DNA from: Tubulanus polymorphus
Lineage: Eukaryota > Animalia > Nemertea
DNA: 64,000 nucleotides
Assembly (NCBI RefSeq): GCF_964204645.1
Contig: NC_134031.1
Location: 8,494,001 to 8,558,000, forward strand
Reading direction: 5' to 3'
A model generated the notes under the pieces. The model saw only the letters and a list, made by a program, of their open reading frames with translations, did not search any database and was not told the origin of the DNA. Positions 24,616-38,510 of this stretch are shown here, one piece after another. The first letter of the stretch is position 1; each line of letters begins with the position of its first letter. A program made the position numbers and the translations under genes.

Positions 24616-25074
24616 ATATTTTCTAGTAATAAATTCGGTACGGTACACGGTAATAATGCCAGAGGTAAAAACGCCAGAGGAAAAATGCCAGAAGGATATA
24701 TGCGCTATATTTGTATATTCATATTCAAAACAAAACAACAAAAACAAGAATTCTAATCCAATGCTTTAAACCAAGCTTTTTATTCCATTAATTATGACAA
24801 ACTAGTGTGTAAAATCCTCATGAACTTTTCATTTCATTGTTGATTTGACACCTGTTGATTAAGGAAATTTAATCATGATTTAGGTCCTAATTATAATTAA
24901 AGTTAATTATGCTTTGTGAAACCGGCCCCTGGTGTTGTGAAACTTCTATCTTCCCTAGCTACCACTAGATCCGGCCTCCGATGAGATGGAGACTGATATA
25001 TCCTTGTTTTTGTACGGTGGCGCCACTGAATCCGTCGATAGCCGCCATATTGGATTGGTGTTCCGGTACACCAG

Positions 25075-25472
25075 CATCTTCACCCGTCAAGGGATTCGAA
25101 CCCACTACGCTAAAGCTATTCCCCGAACCCCTATATACTGGTGTACCATCCTCGCTTGCCAGGGGTCCGGTATCACTACCGAACTCGCTTCCACCAGCCC
25201 CCTGGCCTCACGAAGCGTGATTTCATTACTGGCGCTGTTGCGCATGACGTCATATATCGATTTGCGAAATACTTCCTTGTTCAGTAAAACGTTCGCTGAT
25301 TGGTCCATTTAACGGGAAAACCAATAGAAGCCTAAAGTCGTTTGTTACAAGCGCTGTGATTGGTACGACCGGATTCTGGTCGGCTAGTAACCACTCCAAC
25401 GACTCGTGAGGTCAAGGGGTTCGGCGAACAGCTTTAGCGTAGTGGGTTCGAATCCCTTGACGGGTGAAGATG
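25075..25472. mobile_element. MITE with ~57-bp TIRs
   Basis: CATCTTCACCCGTCAAGGGATTCGAACCCACTACGCTAAAGCT.. is inverted at ~25415-25472. Confidence 0.8.
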
Positions 25473-28400
25473 TCGCACTATGAGAATGCCGGTTTGCTAG
25501 CGTATCTATTTAACACCCGTATTGCTCGGGTTAGTTTTACTATCAACGGGTGGCGCTGTGTGTAAATTTCACATAAATCAACGACTTTCGGCTATTAGCG
25601 GTACTTAAGACCACTTGAAAACATCATAGTCAATTACGGTAGTAGTGAACATAAAAAGATACAGTACAAAGATACGGTACGGTGTACAGTTAAGGACATG
25701 ATTCCATAGCACCCATACTAGAGACATTTTGTTCAGACAAGGACTATTAGTTAAACACTAATCTTCATTATCAGCAATTAACGATCTGGTGAATTAATTA
25801 GTGATTCGGTCTTTCGGTGGTTCGAGATAAAATGCCCGCAAAATAAGAACCTAACGAACTAGGGCTGACCACAAATTGCCCAACAGATAAATTTTCGAAA
25901 CGACACAATCCAATCATGTTTGGTATCAAATGTGGCGTGGACCATGGTCTTTTAACTGACCAATGCATGACCAGTACTGACCATATAGTAAATTATTTGT
26001 TTGCAAACAATTAAGTTGTTTGGTGTCAAATAACTAGATATGATGTGGGCATTAACCTAAAAATTGTTTAACTGACCAATGCTTGACCAGTACAGACCAG
26101 TTATCAGTGCTAACCAGAACCCCCATAAGTAATTTATATGTTTAGTGAATCCTTCGTTAGTACTACTAGCTCTTACATTTAAATGTGTCGCTTGAAAAAG
26201 TCTTGTCCGATTTTTGTTGTAGGTGGCGAGCTAACTTTGAAATTCCGCTAAAATGCATAAGATTTTTACGTAGGGTATTGAACGAACAACGTTTCCATTT
26301 GTAATTGTAACGTGCGCATTTGAGCCTGTAACGTGCACATTTCACTCGCGTGAACGTGCGTATCGGTACCAACATGCGAGACTTGTCAAACTTTTACGAT
26401 CAAGACTTTTAAACTGAACAAAGAAGATATCATATCATATTGTATATACATGAATAGATGGAATGATAATGTAGTAGTTTTAAATGTTTCGTAGCTGCTG
26501 TCCACTGACCACAGATCAAAAGCTAATATCCTGATATGAAATATATTTTTGTTATAGAGATGTAGTAGATCAGTGAGAATTCAAACTTATGGTTAATTTT
26601 GAGTGATCACAACGCTAACCAATAGAGAAAGCTATAAGGCCTAAGAAAAGATGCATTAAGTATAACATATCTTTCAATATAATGATGAAGTATTCAACTG
26701 GCCATCTGATCACAACAATAGTGTGACTTATCTTATTGAAAAATACCGGAGTGTTAATGAGAAAACCTTGAATTCGAAACAATTCCACACTCAATCGTTT
26801 ACTTTGAAAACACAATTTGCATTTTGTGGACATGTATTTTTTTCTGCACCAAAAGCATGAAGTATATTATCTTTGCTTGTAAAAATTTGAAATTTTGGGG
26901 AAGATTTTTGGCCTCGTTAACCTGTGAGCACTTCCTTCATATATTTTCTAAGACCGACCCTTGAAATAATGCTGAGAGTTTCGAGGATAATTTTGGTAGG
27001 ATGTAAACTTAGGCTGCTTTGTATCCGTGGAGGGTTGCTAATTATTGATTCTATATACAATAATCATAAGTACCATGAGATTCGATAGAATATCGTTTTT
27101 CAATCATACGTACACGAATTATCGCGATATAAAGATAAATAATATGTTCATATACTTTTTACGTCTTATACTGTATATTTCTTTAGTAGTATAAATAAAG
27201 AGGGGATCAGCAGGCCACCTGAGACCATTCCACGATCTAAGGTCAGTTGCCAAAAGTTAGTAAGTTTACCAGTGGATAGTTAACATTTATAATGACGATT
27301 AAATTTTCATTGCTAAAATAACTTTGTACTTGTTGACTCAAAAGCAGAGAATTGAAAATACGATAATACGATACGAAAACTCAGTGTACAAATTCAAAAA
27401 GATTATCTCTAGTGAGAGATCGAACGTTGTGTCGTAATTTTCTAATGATAAAACATGGTTTGAAATTTGAAATGTGTACATAGTTGATATTTTTCAGTGT
27501 ATTTAGTCATGTATCATATTGGATGATGGTTAATTTAAAGTTTAGCAAGGAGTATTTTTATCTGGAACTGCGGATTGTGTTTTTATGTTTAAATATTGTA
27601 ATCAATATTTTGCCAGGTCATTTGTAGCTAAGAAAACATATTTGTAGATTTTTCCTATGTCCATTAATGGATCTAACCCTTAGTCTTTGTCACTTTTACC
27701 CGGATACCGTTTTGGCAGCTCAAGTAGGCTGTCTTGTTTATTGAGTATTTTGTCTACCTAGCGAACTGGCACTATTTTTGAATAAGTGATGTAATAGCAA
27801 TATAAACAACTCTCAACTCACCTGCCCTCGCAACTAGTTTAGCTCTCATCAGGTAATTAGTGTCTTAATATGTCATTAAGATTTGGATGAACCAATCGCT
27901 TGAAGTTTTGGTCACTAATTTCTTGATGGGAGTGTCTTAATCAACTTGGGTTTTGGCAGCACAGATTTGATCACTCTGTGCCTGCTATCCAACTGATTAA
28001 GACGTAAAATAAACTGGTATTAACACATAAATTCAATCGTTTGAATTTTCAGGTGAGTTACATCCATTTTTCATAGTTAAATCTTATATATGTTTTGGCA
28101 TAAATGTGTACCTAGGCTTAGCTGAGAAATCAGACCTTTATGTAACACGTACATTTGGTACTGAGAGTCAATTTTTATAGATTAGGTATTTAATCTAAAA
28201 TGACGGCTAATGATTATTTGTTTGTAGAAATAGGCCTTTGTATTAAGTATGTAGTTAAAGAAAAGTCATTGTAGGACAATCTCAGTTACGATCTGATGAA
28301 GTATGAGTAATCAAGTAGTATAATATTCGATTCTATTCTGTGTATACTGTAACTAATTATCATAAGACTCTGTGCCTGCTATTCAACTGATTAAGACGTA

Positions 28401-31400
28401 AAATAAACTGGTATTAACACATAAATTCAATCGTTTGAATTTTCAGTTTTTGTAAAATTGGCAACGCGCAAAAAGTCCGTTGCTAAAATGGTGGAGAACC
28501 CGGGCATCTTAAACTATCTTTTGAGAAACGGGTCCCAGAGCTGTATCCTTTACTCCTGTAATAGAGGATGCAATCTATTTGCGACAAACAGCTAGTGCAA
28601 ATAGCTAGAAAAGGTAACAATAGTGCATTGGGAAACTGAGAGCAAGCGTACATTGGTTGTTCAGGTTTTTTGAAGGGGAGAATTTGTGGGAAAATTAATC
28701 ATTACTGAGATATATCCGTGGCGAGCTTTTCCAGGGATTTAAAAAGTTGAGCTGTACACAAGGAATTTTGTGTAGTCCAATATCCGTGATTACCTCTGGC
28801 GTGGAGAGATACAATCTAAAACAAACCCTAGAGTCAAATATTTTACCACAATTTTTTATGATCAATAAAAATATTGAGTAATAGACATTCAAACAGTATT
28901 ATCTAAATTCCACTCCATTTTAAACTCATTCATCTCTTCACAAACTCCAACTTGTTGAACAGTCCACATTAAAATTAGGGACCACTATTCTTGCTCATCT
29001 ACACACTGGCTACCAATCTAACAAAGGATTAAATTTGAGTGTTTGATGTTATAACAATACCAGACTGAGTTATGGATTCGGTTTCTACTTTTTGATTAAA
29101 TATTTATATCACATATTGGGCATCATTTTTACCAGTATATATGGAATAACCTATCCATATATCATGTTCAATTTTATATAATCTGACTTTTGAGATGTCA
29201 TTCAATCAATGCATTCACATGCGGTCGTCGCTTTCAATAGCCACCACGGACTGGCTCCTTATTATTTCTTTGGCGATACCATTGGCGGACGATCCCACAC
29301 GTTTCTTGCTCCAGCCCTAGAATGCTCAATATTCGTCATGAACCCCGATTTGAATTTAAATTCAAAATACTCCTAAAACACACCTGTTAACTAGATTACT
29401 CTAAAACACCTTTATGTGCAAGAATCAGTGAAATTGGGGCTTTATCAGTTGTAGTCATCATTCGTACCCACGAATCTCGTATCGTATCCTATGAATGTGG
29501 AGACCCATCCTCGTAAAGAGAATGAATAGGCTCTGTATCGTTCATAATCATTTGATATGAGGCTACGTGTCATCTTCAATTGAAATCACGTTGTTTTTTC
29601 AAGGGTGGGCGAGAATATATTCTTATGTTTTTGTTTCTCTGAATGTTGCTATTTAAGAGTTCAATAATTTCAGTCTACCAAACAAAGTTTTTTCCGTATG
29701 TTTCGTGACATGTTTTTCCATAACCCTAGGAGAGAATTTTAGGTATTTTTTGCGGATGACCGAAAGCTGCTGTCCCTTTCTAGTAATTTGATGATATCCG
29801 TCGAAATCTAAATTCTAAAAAGGAATCAGGCATATCTTCTTGTTTGACTAAATATGAACTCAACAACAAGTGACACTCCCTTCAAAGGCACCGAAAGTAA
29901 AATCATGTGTCGAGTGGAGATGATATTGTGTCAGAATTTCTTCAAAATCGGAGAAAATTGAATATTTTGAAAATAATCATTTTACATGTATGTTTAAATC
30001 CGTTATAACTGGAGCAATTTTCATGAAAAAATATCTATGGAATCAGCGAAATGTAATTAAGAAGAATACTATGTTTAAAAAGTTATCAAAGACATTGGAA
30101 AAAAGTTTTCTGAATTCGTCAACTGTTAAACTAGTAACAACCAGATGTGTTCCCATTAAACCACCGACCGCGAGCCGAGTCGATGTGAGATGTGCCCTTC
30201 ACTGAAAATCTCAAGTGCTATACAACCGGTTTTTTAGGTGCCTCTGAATGTCGGCCGTTAAAAAACTGAACAATTCCCATTTGGAAAGGGCCTACGTAGT
30301 TAGAGAAAATTCAAGATGTGTATATCGTGTGATACAGGCTCCATATTTATGTGCGTTTGGAATTTAACCTTGTTTATAACGAAACACGCATGTATTTATG
30401 CTATTTTAGATTTAAAAAGAGCGCACGAAAATGTTTCATGAGACCCGCAAATAACGTCAAGTTATTCATGCATTTTTGATTTATATGAATACATTTCGCT
30501 TCGAAATCTTTAAATTTCTCAGGTGGATTATTCAATAAATTCACAACAGTCCATTATGGTTTAGTTTGACGCCAATCGTTCTTTTAAAGATCTTTCTTTC
30601 TCGAAGAAAGATTTTCTTAAAAACTTTGATTATGGCGAATCTTGTGTCCGATAGTTAAACCTTCGGGTATTATACTAGAACACAAATTTTTAAAGATATT
30701 CATAACATACTGAAGGATATCACAGTTTATACCCGAAGATATGCAGTTTGGATAGATCTTTTTGTTTCGACTCGCATGCGACAGTAAAAACGGTACTTGA
30801 TATAATAAGTGAACTTCATCATTGATATTTTCACTAATCTACTTGAATTCCAAAAAAGAACTGACAATGAAAAAGGGTTACAGCTGTGACTGATATCACT
30901 CCAAATTTCAATTCCTATGAACACTTTTCATTTAAAGAAAACTATTAACGAAACAGTTTTTAGAGGCGAAGAATCCGCGTTACCATTGAATTTTCAAAAC
31001 TTGAAGGAATGGTTAATGCCTCGGTGACCACTGGTCTAGGACGCGGTTTTCTGAAATGAAAGTGGCCAAGTCTAAAGAACGACTATTGTATCACATGATT
31101 TCAAATATTAGGAACCCAATGCGTTTAATGATTTAATTAATTGGTATCGCGCAGATTGGTTGAAAGACGAGTGTTAGTCACCTTGTGATTTAATAGTTTT
31201 TCATGCATCGATTAATTAATCTTATTATAACTTATTTGTAGGCGCTTCCCGCAAACATTTTCTATTCGTTGAGTTTTCAATCGCAGTACTGTTCAGATGA
31301 TTCGAGTCAAGTAGTAAAAAAGTTTATGTATTAGCATTACTATGCAGTGAAAATAACGCACTGCGGTAAGTGAGGTGCTGTGATCCAGATGTGTAACCCA

Positions 31401-31509
31401 TTTATGGGTAATAAATTTCCATCATGTCAACGCCATTCAAAATCAGTAGCAAAACTTTCTGCTGGTTTCTAGAAATAGCAATATGACGACAAGCACTTTC
31501 GAATTCGAC

Positions 31510-31900
31510 CACGATATTTGAGAAGTTTCACTTGGGCAGTGGTGGTCAGTGATGGTCAATTTATGAATTTTAATGGCGAATCCTTTCTAGTTTCACACCA
31601 AATGCGGTACCGGTATATCGTTCTTTCAAGAAGATTCAATTGGTCAGTGGTGGTCAGTGATGGTCAATTTATGAATTTTCAATGGCGACTCCTTTCTAGT
31701 TTCACATCAAATGCGGTACCGGTATATCGTTCTTTCAAGAAGTTTCAATTGGTCAGTGGTGGTCAGTGATGGTCAATTTATTAATTTTCAATGGCGAATC
31801 CTTTCTAGTTTGACACCATAACGCGGTATATCGTTTTCATATTCGAGAAGTTTGAATTGGTCATTGGTGGTCAGTGATGGTCAGTGATGAATTTGCAATG
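31510..31900. repeat. ~108-bp tandem repeat (about 4 units)
   Basis: TGGTGGTCAGTGATGGTCA at ~31540, 31648, 31757 and 31866. Confidence 0.85.
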
Positions 31901-34900
31901 ATGATTCCTTAGTAGTTTGAAAACAAACATTACATGATGAATTTCCGAAATTCGAAGTCAAGTGTTCAGACTCGGGGATATCTCAATTGGTCAGTTACTG
32001 ACCATCATGGTGTCACCATTGTGGTCTATAGCTCAAATGAAACATGTGGAACCGACGAAGGGGCCCAAAAGCGTCAAAAAGTCATTTCCTGGAGTGACGT
32101 GATCCAAAAATGCCCTAACTGGAAAAGGCAGTCTCTCAATTGGATGAAACCAAATCGGACAGGACAATTAAAATTTGGGAAGGTCACAGGTAGTGGTCTT
32201 TCTACGAAGCCCACGCGGTGAGCGTATTATTATGAAATCTTTTTTTAAACCACCGGTAGCCCGCTAAAATCTTTCCTCTTTCCTCTTTCTGTTCTTCTCC
32301 CCCTTCTTCCCATTTCTTCTATAGAATTGTATAGAAAATAAATTCATAGATATCATCTGATATCATATCCGTTTCTTTGCTAGAATTTTAGATGATATCA
32401 GAATATTAGCCTGCCCAGATTAGGCAAGCCGCAACTATATACTTTTTTTCTGAAAAAATAAGCTTTAGAGAAAGACTAATTCCTTGCTTAAAAAAGAAAA
32501 AGCAATCTTAATATGAAAATAAACAAGTTGTCTTTTGAGTTCTGATATGGCTACCGCCTGCTTTTCGATTATGCGCATCTTCTTTTTCCCAAAATATCAA
32601 GACATCATATATATAGTTGCGGGACCCATCAAAAATTAGGAATATTTTATAATTCCATGTTTTGATGATAAATTGTGACTTATAGCCAACCGCTTACTTT
32701 CTGGTAAAATAAATCGTTACGCTGTAGAAATGCGCTGTTAGGATTTACGAACAGAATTAGGCCTAACATCCCCAAATGCTTCATTCATAATTCAAAATTC
32801 CGTATAAATGTTAAACATTCGCGCTCGCAACTTGATTTTTTTTGTCATGGTATTTTGATGAGCTGAATTTTTGGAAGTTTCAATTTCCCCTACGCCACCA
32901 ACTAATGATTTGTCTTGGTCTTGTATAAAGTTTTTTCATGAAATGTTTAATATTAGGGAAATTTTGTTCGTCACCTAAAGCAATTTTCAAAAATTGATTG
33001 GATATCATAAGGTGATTTCTAACAATGCGGTTCGTAGGCCTACAATCATCCTCCCAGATTCGGTATTCTTCATGTAAAATGAGATGGCTCCTAAATTCAA
33101 CTGCCTTCAGTTTGACTTTGATTTCTTTTGGGAAACGGCGATTTCATTTCAAAATTATATAGGCCTTCCTCGTTATCGGAGTTGCAATATTTCTATTTCT
33201 TGAAGTGACGGCTTTGTATGCGGACGATATGACAATCAAAAATAGGAGATAATCATATTTTTCTATCTACTAACAGAATAATTTGATTGAACTTCTATGG
33301 TTACGCGTTTTCGAGCGAATATGCGCCGAACCTTAACGCCGAACCAATCATTTTTCAGACTTCCTATTATATCATATTCAATCGTGTGGTAAGTTTATAT
33401 ACTGGCATGTGTTACTGCAACTAGGCCTGGGGAACAGTTGGATCACCGAAAAAACGTATCTGCTGCAGATTATCTGAGCGCTTGTATTTTTTTTTCAAAT
33501 TTTCTGGCACGACCGAGACAATAGGCCTACTCTAGTGCTCAGCTGCTCAGAATCAAATTGTTGCAAAAACATCAACAAACACTATCAAGTCGATGCTCAC
33601 TCAAATAAAACGTACACTATCTTCAGTTTGTGACAAGAATGAACAGGGAGATATGTACCTTTATAAATAAAGATACACGCAAAATTATAATTTTTGAAAT
33701 TGATAATGATCATATATAGTAATTCATGGGACTAACTACGCTATAGTGTACTCCCTATTGAATTCAAAATACATGTATGTGTTAAACTGAGGCAAACATA
33801 CCAACCCTGCCTATGCCAATTAATACATATCACATCACTTTGGCTAGAGTTGAATGATCGATAAATCCATAACAAAATCACAACTAAAACAAAATTCAAA
33901 TTTGAAGTCAGATCGCTATGGGGTCCTGAAAGAAGCACCCATATCATAGAAAACCATTGTCATTATCGAATGTGGGCTATATATTCTGTAGTATAAGTGT
34001 GTGTCGGTGTAATGATTAGGCCCGGATCAGGTTACTGACTAGGAAAACCCACATTGAAAAATTAAGAACCTTGTTCGACTATGATTTCTTTTATTAATAT
34101 TTCATGAAATAAGTTGAGTGATAATATAGACCTTTGAAGAGTAAGACTTTTTACACTAATTGCAATGATTAAGATTTTACATAAGGCTTTATCCATGTTT
34201 GAAGGATTGTTCAATAACAGTTACATAAGCTAGATAGAGGAAATTTAAATATTCAGGCCCAGCTAGTAAGCCTGTCTTTAAGGAGCGCAATTGGATTGAT
34301 TAAGATAGGATCCATTGCGCGTTGATAAAGAATCAATAGATATTGCGGCATTCTAAATTAGATTATTTAAAAACCGCAAGTTTAGGCGTTCAATTGGTCC
34401 TAACATTCATTAGAAACATCAGATTAAAATGATACAGCGTTTCGATACTCGTCATAAAGTACATTGGCTGCATCAATTTGGTGAATTTTATATGGCAAGC
34501 ACAATTTTTCTAAATTTTTAAATGTTAAAGGAAAGTTTAAGGTGCTGGACCAATAGTTATCTACACATTTGTTTGGGTCAAAAATATGCCTCCACAAGGT
34601 GAATGATATGGCAAAAATTAAGAACATTCCAAATCAAGACACATGACAGTCATTTTTGGGGGAAGATGTAGACTTTTCCCAACATAATTCGAGGATTTAA
34701 TTCCCAAACTTTCATTTTTCATTGCGCCTGCATGACCTATAGTCAAGTAGTTTTCACAGCTAGAATCACCAGCCACAGACGCTTTGTTCAAAAAACCCAG
34801 GTTGGTTTATAATATAATCTATGAAATTTGATATGTAATTTGCTTGCTTATTCTTGATATAAATGAACTACCCTGATATTTGGTTCGGTACAGAGGCACG

Positions 34901-35734
34901 CAAAGTAGGTTCATGGCTGGAGGAAAGTAACCTTCATGTCAATGAGATTCACGACAAACATTTTCAGCAGTTTGCAGTTCTGAGGGAATTTTTGCAAACC
35001 GTAGGATCAAAAGTCTGGATATTTATCGGTCAACATGGTAAATAGGCTGAAAATTAAATAGTTCATATTCAAGACAGCGATGACTGACACCATTTTTGTG
35101 AGTGAATAAATGCAGGCTTATTTCGCGTTTGAAGTTTTAGTGGTTTACCACATTGCATCTTAAAACTTTATACATATAGTAAAGTCCGCTGCACAAGGCA
35201 CCGAAAAAAAGTTTTTTCCTCGTGAAAAACGTTTTCGATGTGTCTTGTTATGCCGTGTGCAGCGGACTTAACTAATCTTGTTTTATATTTTAATAACTTA
35301 ACGTACCGGGTGTTTTTTGTCATTTATATAAAAAAGCGTGTTCATGATTATGGATAGTTGGGTTTGTCAAAATAAATTTAAAAAGATAAGTTCTAGTTAT
35401 TTGTGGTTAAAAGTTGGTTTGATTTTCAGGTTTTCATATCCCCATATTTCACACGAATACAAAAGGATCGGTTTAACCATAGAACCACACAGAAACTTGC
35501 TCACTTGAGTAAAAGACTAGCTCAAGGAAACATTTTTAGGACCTTGTTTTGGACGTTTTCGTTATTTCTGTGGGATTCGCTTTAAATTATGCATGGCTAC
35601 ATCCCTGTAGCATGTGAATTAAGTTCCAGAGTAAATTTCCAGACGGCAGATGAAGGCAATGACATAAGTTAGGGGACCCTAAATACTGAAACAAAAAATC
35701 CAATCAAAACGTCTACTAAGTTTATTCTATAATA

Positions 35735-35915
35735 CAGTGGAACTTCGTAACAGCTAGGTTCATGGGACCAGAAAATATGTTCGTTATTACCGATAGTTCG
35801 TTTCGTTATATCCAGTATGAAATTAATAGTTATCTTTCTTACTTGGGACAAAATTCTATATTTGTTATATCCGATGAGTCGTTGTTTTCGAGTTTGCTAT
35901 AACGAGGTTCCACTG
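35735..35915. mobile_element. Tc1/pogo-type MITE
   Basis: TA-CAGTGGAACTTCGT ... ACGAGGTTCCACTG-TA. Confidence 0.8.
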
Positions 35916-38510
35916 TAATGCACGAATAACTGACGAGGTAAACTTAGCAAAAGAGTTCAATATAAGTTCCACAAAGCTAAACAGTTCAAATATCAAAACG
36001 ATACAATTTATTATAAAAAAAACAGAATTATCGGTTTTCCACTTAAAGCATTATTAAGGAATGAAAACTAATACAGCGTATCAAAAACATATATAAAAAG
36101 AAGCGCTAATTAATACAATCTTCGATAATCTTCTGTACAATATTTCTCTCATGCACATCGGTTTTCGAGAATTAATTGATGAAATCGTATACCAGTAGCT
36201 ACAGCTTGTTGGACGTCATTAGTCTGAACAGGAGGCATGAAAGAAGGCATGTGAGACCATCTATCTTGGTTTAGTAATGCAAGATAAAAATTAATATTGC
36301 ATTAATATATAGCATACTGACCCACTACCTGACTCAGCTAAATAACTGCATGTATTCAAAATAATATTGAAAGAGTTTTTTGATACTTTGGATGTTCGTA
36401 GTAATCGAGAATGGGTGCGCAGCGGTAAATCAAGTATTCGTCTAATGGCCGTCCTCCATGCCTTAAAAATGTGTCATACATACATACAAGTAGACATCAG
36501 TCCATTGGTAATACATTTATGAATCCCTATAAGTAATCTGTTTAAACTACTAATAATATATATATGTACATGTACATGAATTTAGGCCACAGGAGGACCA
36601 TCTCAGGTCAGTCCAATTCTGATGAGCCCTTGAGCGATACAAATGTAATAAAAATATCAAGATAATTGATTAAAGCGTTTTCAAAATCTCCCTTCAAAAC
36701 TTCAAAAGTGTGTAAGTGCTAAGTTCAGCAATGCCATATTCCCAATATGGACGGATGGATGAATGCGAAGATAGACAACGGATGAACAGTGAGCACAATA
36801 ATCTGGTGGGACTTAAGTCTCAAGTGGGCTAAAAAGGAAATATCCTGATGCGGACGTGATTTCTATCGACAAAATATTACAACCATTCACAGAGGCTCTT
36901 CGACTTTGACATTCCGTCAACGATATTGGATAACACTTAACGACGTATGTCAGCAGAATTGCTGAGAATCTACAAATCAACTTTTAAGTGGCCTTATATT
37001 GTAATTTTCAATCTTAAAATTTGCCAATCTGTTGTACCGCTCAGCTGTATTTTTTCCTAACGTCGCAGCACAGACTTCATGAGCTTGGTTATCACTGATA
37101 CCAAAATATCTTGCCACCAGGGATCTAATTATGTGTATCCTTATTCTTGCACGTACTGATGAAGAACTGAAAGATGAGAGAAATCAAATAAGAAAAAACT
37201 TCATATCTATCTATCCATATATGTATAAATTTGAATCCTAGATCTGTACCTAACAAACACATTTGAGTGAAGACAAAAATTTAAATACATTGAACTGGTA
37301 TACCAGTCATACAGGGATTCAGGAATTGAAATTTTAATACAATCATTTACAAATGCAATGAAATACCTACCTTAATCTCTTTTGAAGAATTTTGGATACT
37401 AAATGAATTGGTGCCATGAATGGAACTTCCATTTGTGAGTAAGAATACACCATTCTGAAAATGATAGTTTAACGGCTTTAAAGCAAATATTTGTACTGTT
37501 GACCCAACTGTATTTTGAAGGTTAAATTATTGGAGGGTTGTACAAACAAACCGTGAGATATAATGTTTTATTCAATGATGTTTTAATATTTGAACTTGAA
37601 TACCGAGTGCAACATGCTCTTTCAGTAGTACGAAACATTGCTTTACCAAAATAATCTGTGAGAGTGTTCAAATATTTATGTGATTTGAGTAAACTTATAT
37701 TGGATGTACTGTAAATTTTACAAAAAGTGACTCAGCAATCAGTTGAACGACACAGCTGACATTATTTTCGACAACACCAGCACCATACGCATTATCAGAC
37801 AAAATATTTTCCTCCTGCAAGCTGAATGCATAGAGCAATTATCTTTATCGTTAAACAATTGCAAATAACAAGAGAAACTAAAATTATGGCACAAATGGGA
37901 TGTCATAATGATATGAATTTCTCTAGAGTCCATCAGATGATGATTACATGAACTTGGCACCTCCATTTTCTGCCTTAAGCTTTAGATCAGAAATTCATAG
38001 AAATTATGGATGTTGATTATTAATTCATCCATAATATGGGTCGCTACTATGGTCAAGATTCAGATCTGTATTAAATCCCTAGATGTACATGAGCTGATGT
38101 AAATAAATAAATAGAGAATCTTGACTTTCAAGTGCTTTTTTTCAAAAATTAGCCAAATCGATCAAATTTTCAGAATCTCCTGTCATGAAACTTTGTTCTT
38201 ACATGCTTGGTAGACTGAATATCTTCTCAATATCATATCTGAGCTCAAGGAGAACCTGAAAGTATAATAGAGAGTTGAAGTGGTGTACATTTGAAAGTCC
38301 TATAGACATATTAACGGGACACCATGCCACTGCTCAATGGGATCAAAATCTATGAAAGACTACAGCAACACCGTCTGCTGACTAGTTGAAACCGATATGT
38401 TTAATGATCTTAACTAATATTCAATAATAGAAAGTAGGAATAGAAGATCTATGCTATACTGAAGTTGGCTATAGATTAGCCATCTGAGGGCTCAAGACAT
38501 ATATACTCAC

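Larger units (their letters stand above)
23453..25074. mobile_element. TIR element (~62-bp TIRs) carrying an internal minisatellite
   Basis: CTGGTGTACCAGAACACCAATTCAATATGGCGGCTATCGATGGATTCAGTGGCGCCACCGTAC is inverted at ~25012-25074; TSD not resolved. Confidence 0.75.

Noticed and set aside
25075-25472. GGTTCGAATCC B-box suggesting a tRNA gene (also at 53488 and 53768)
   Set aside because: No complete cloverleaf; the motif lies in MITE TIRs or SINE heads.
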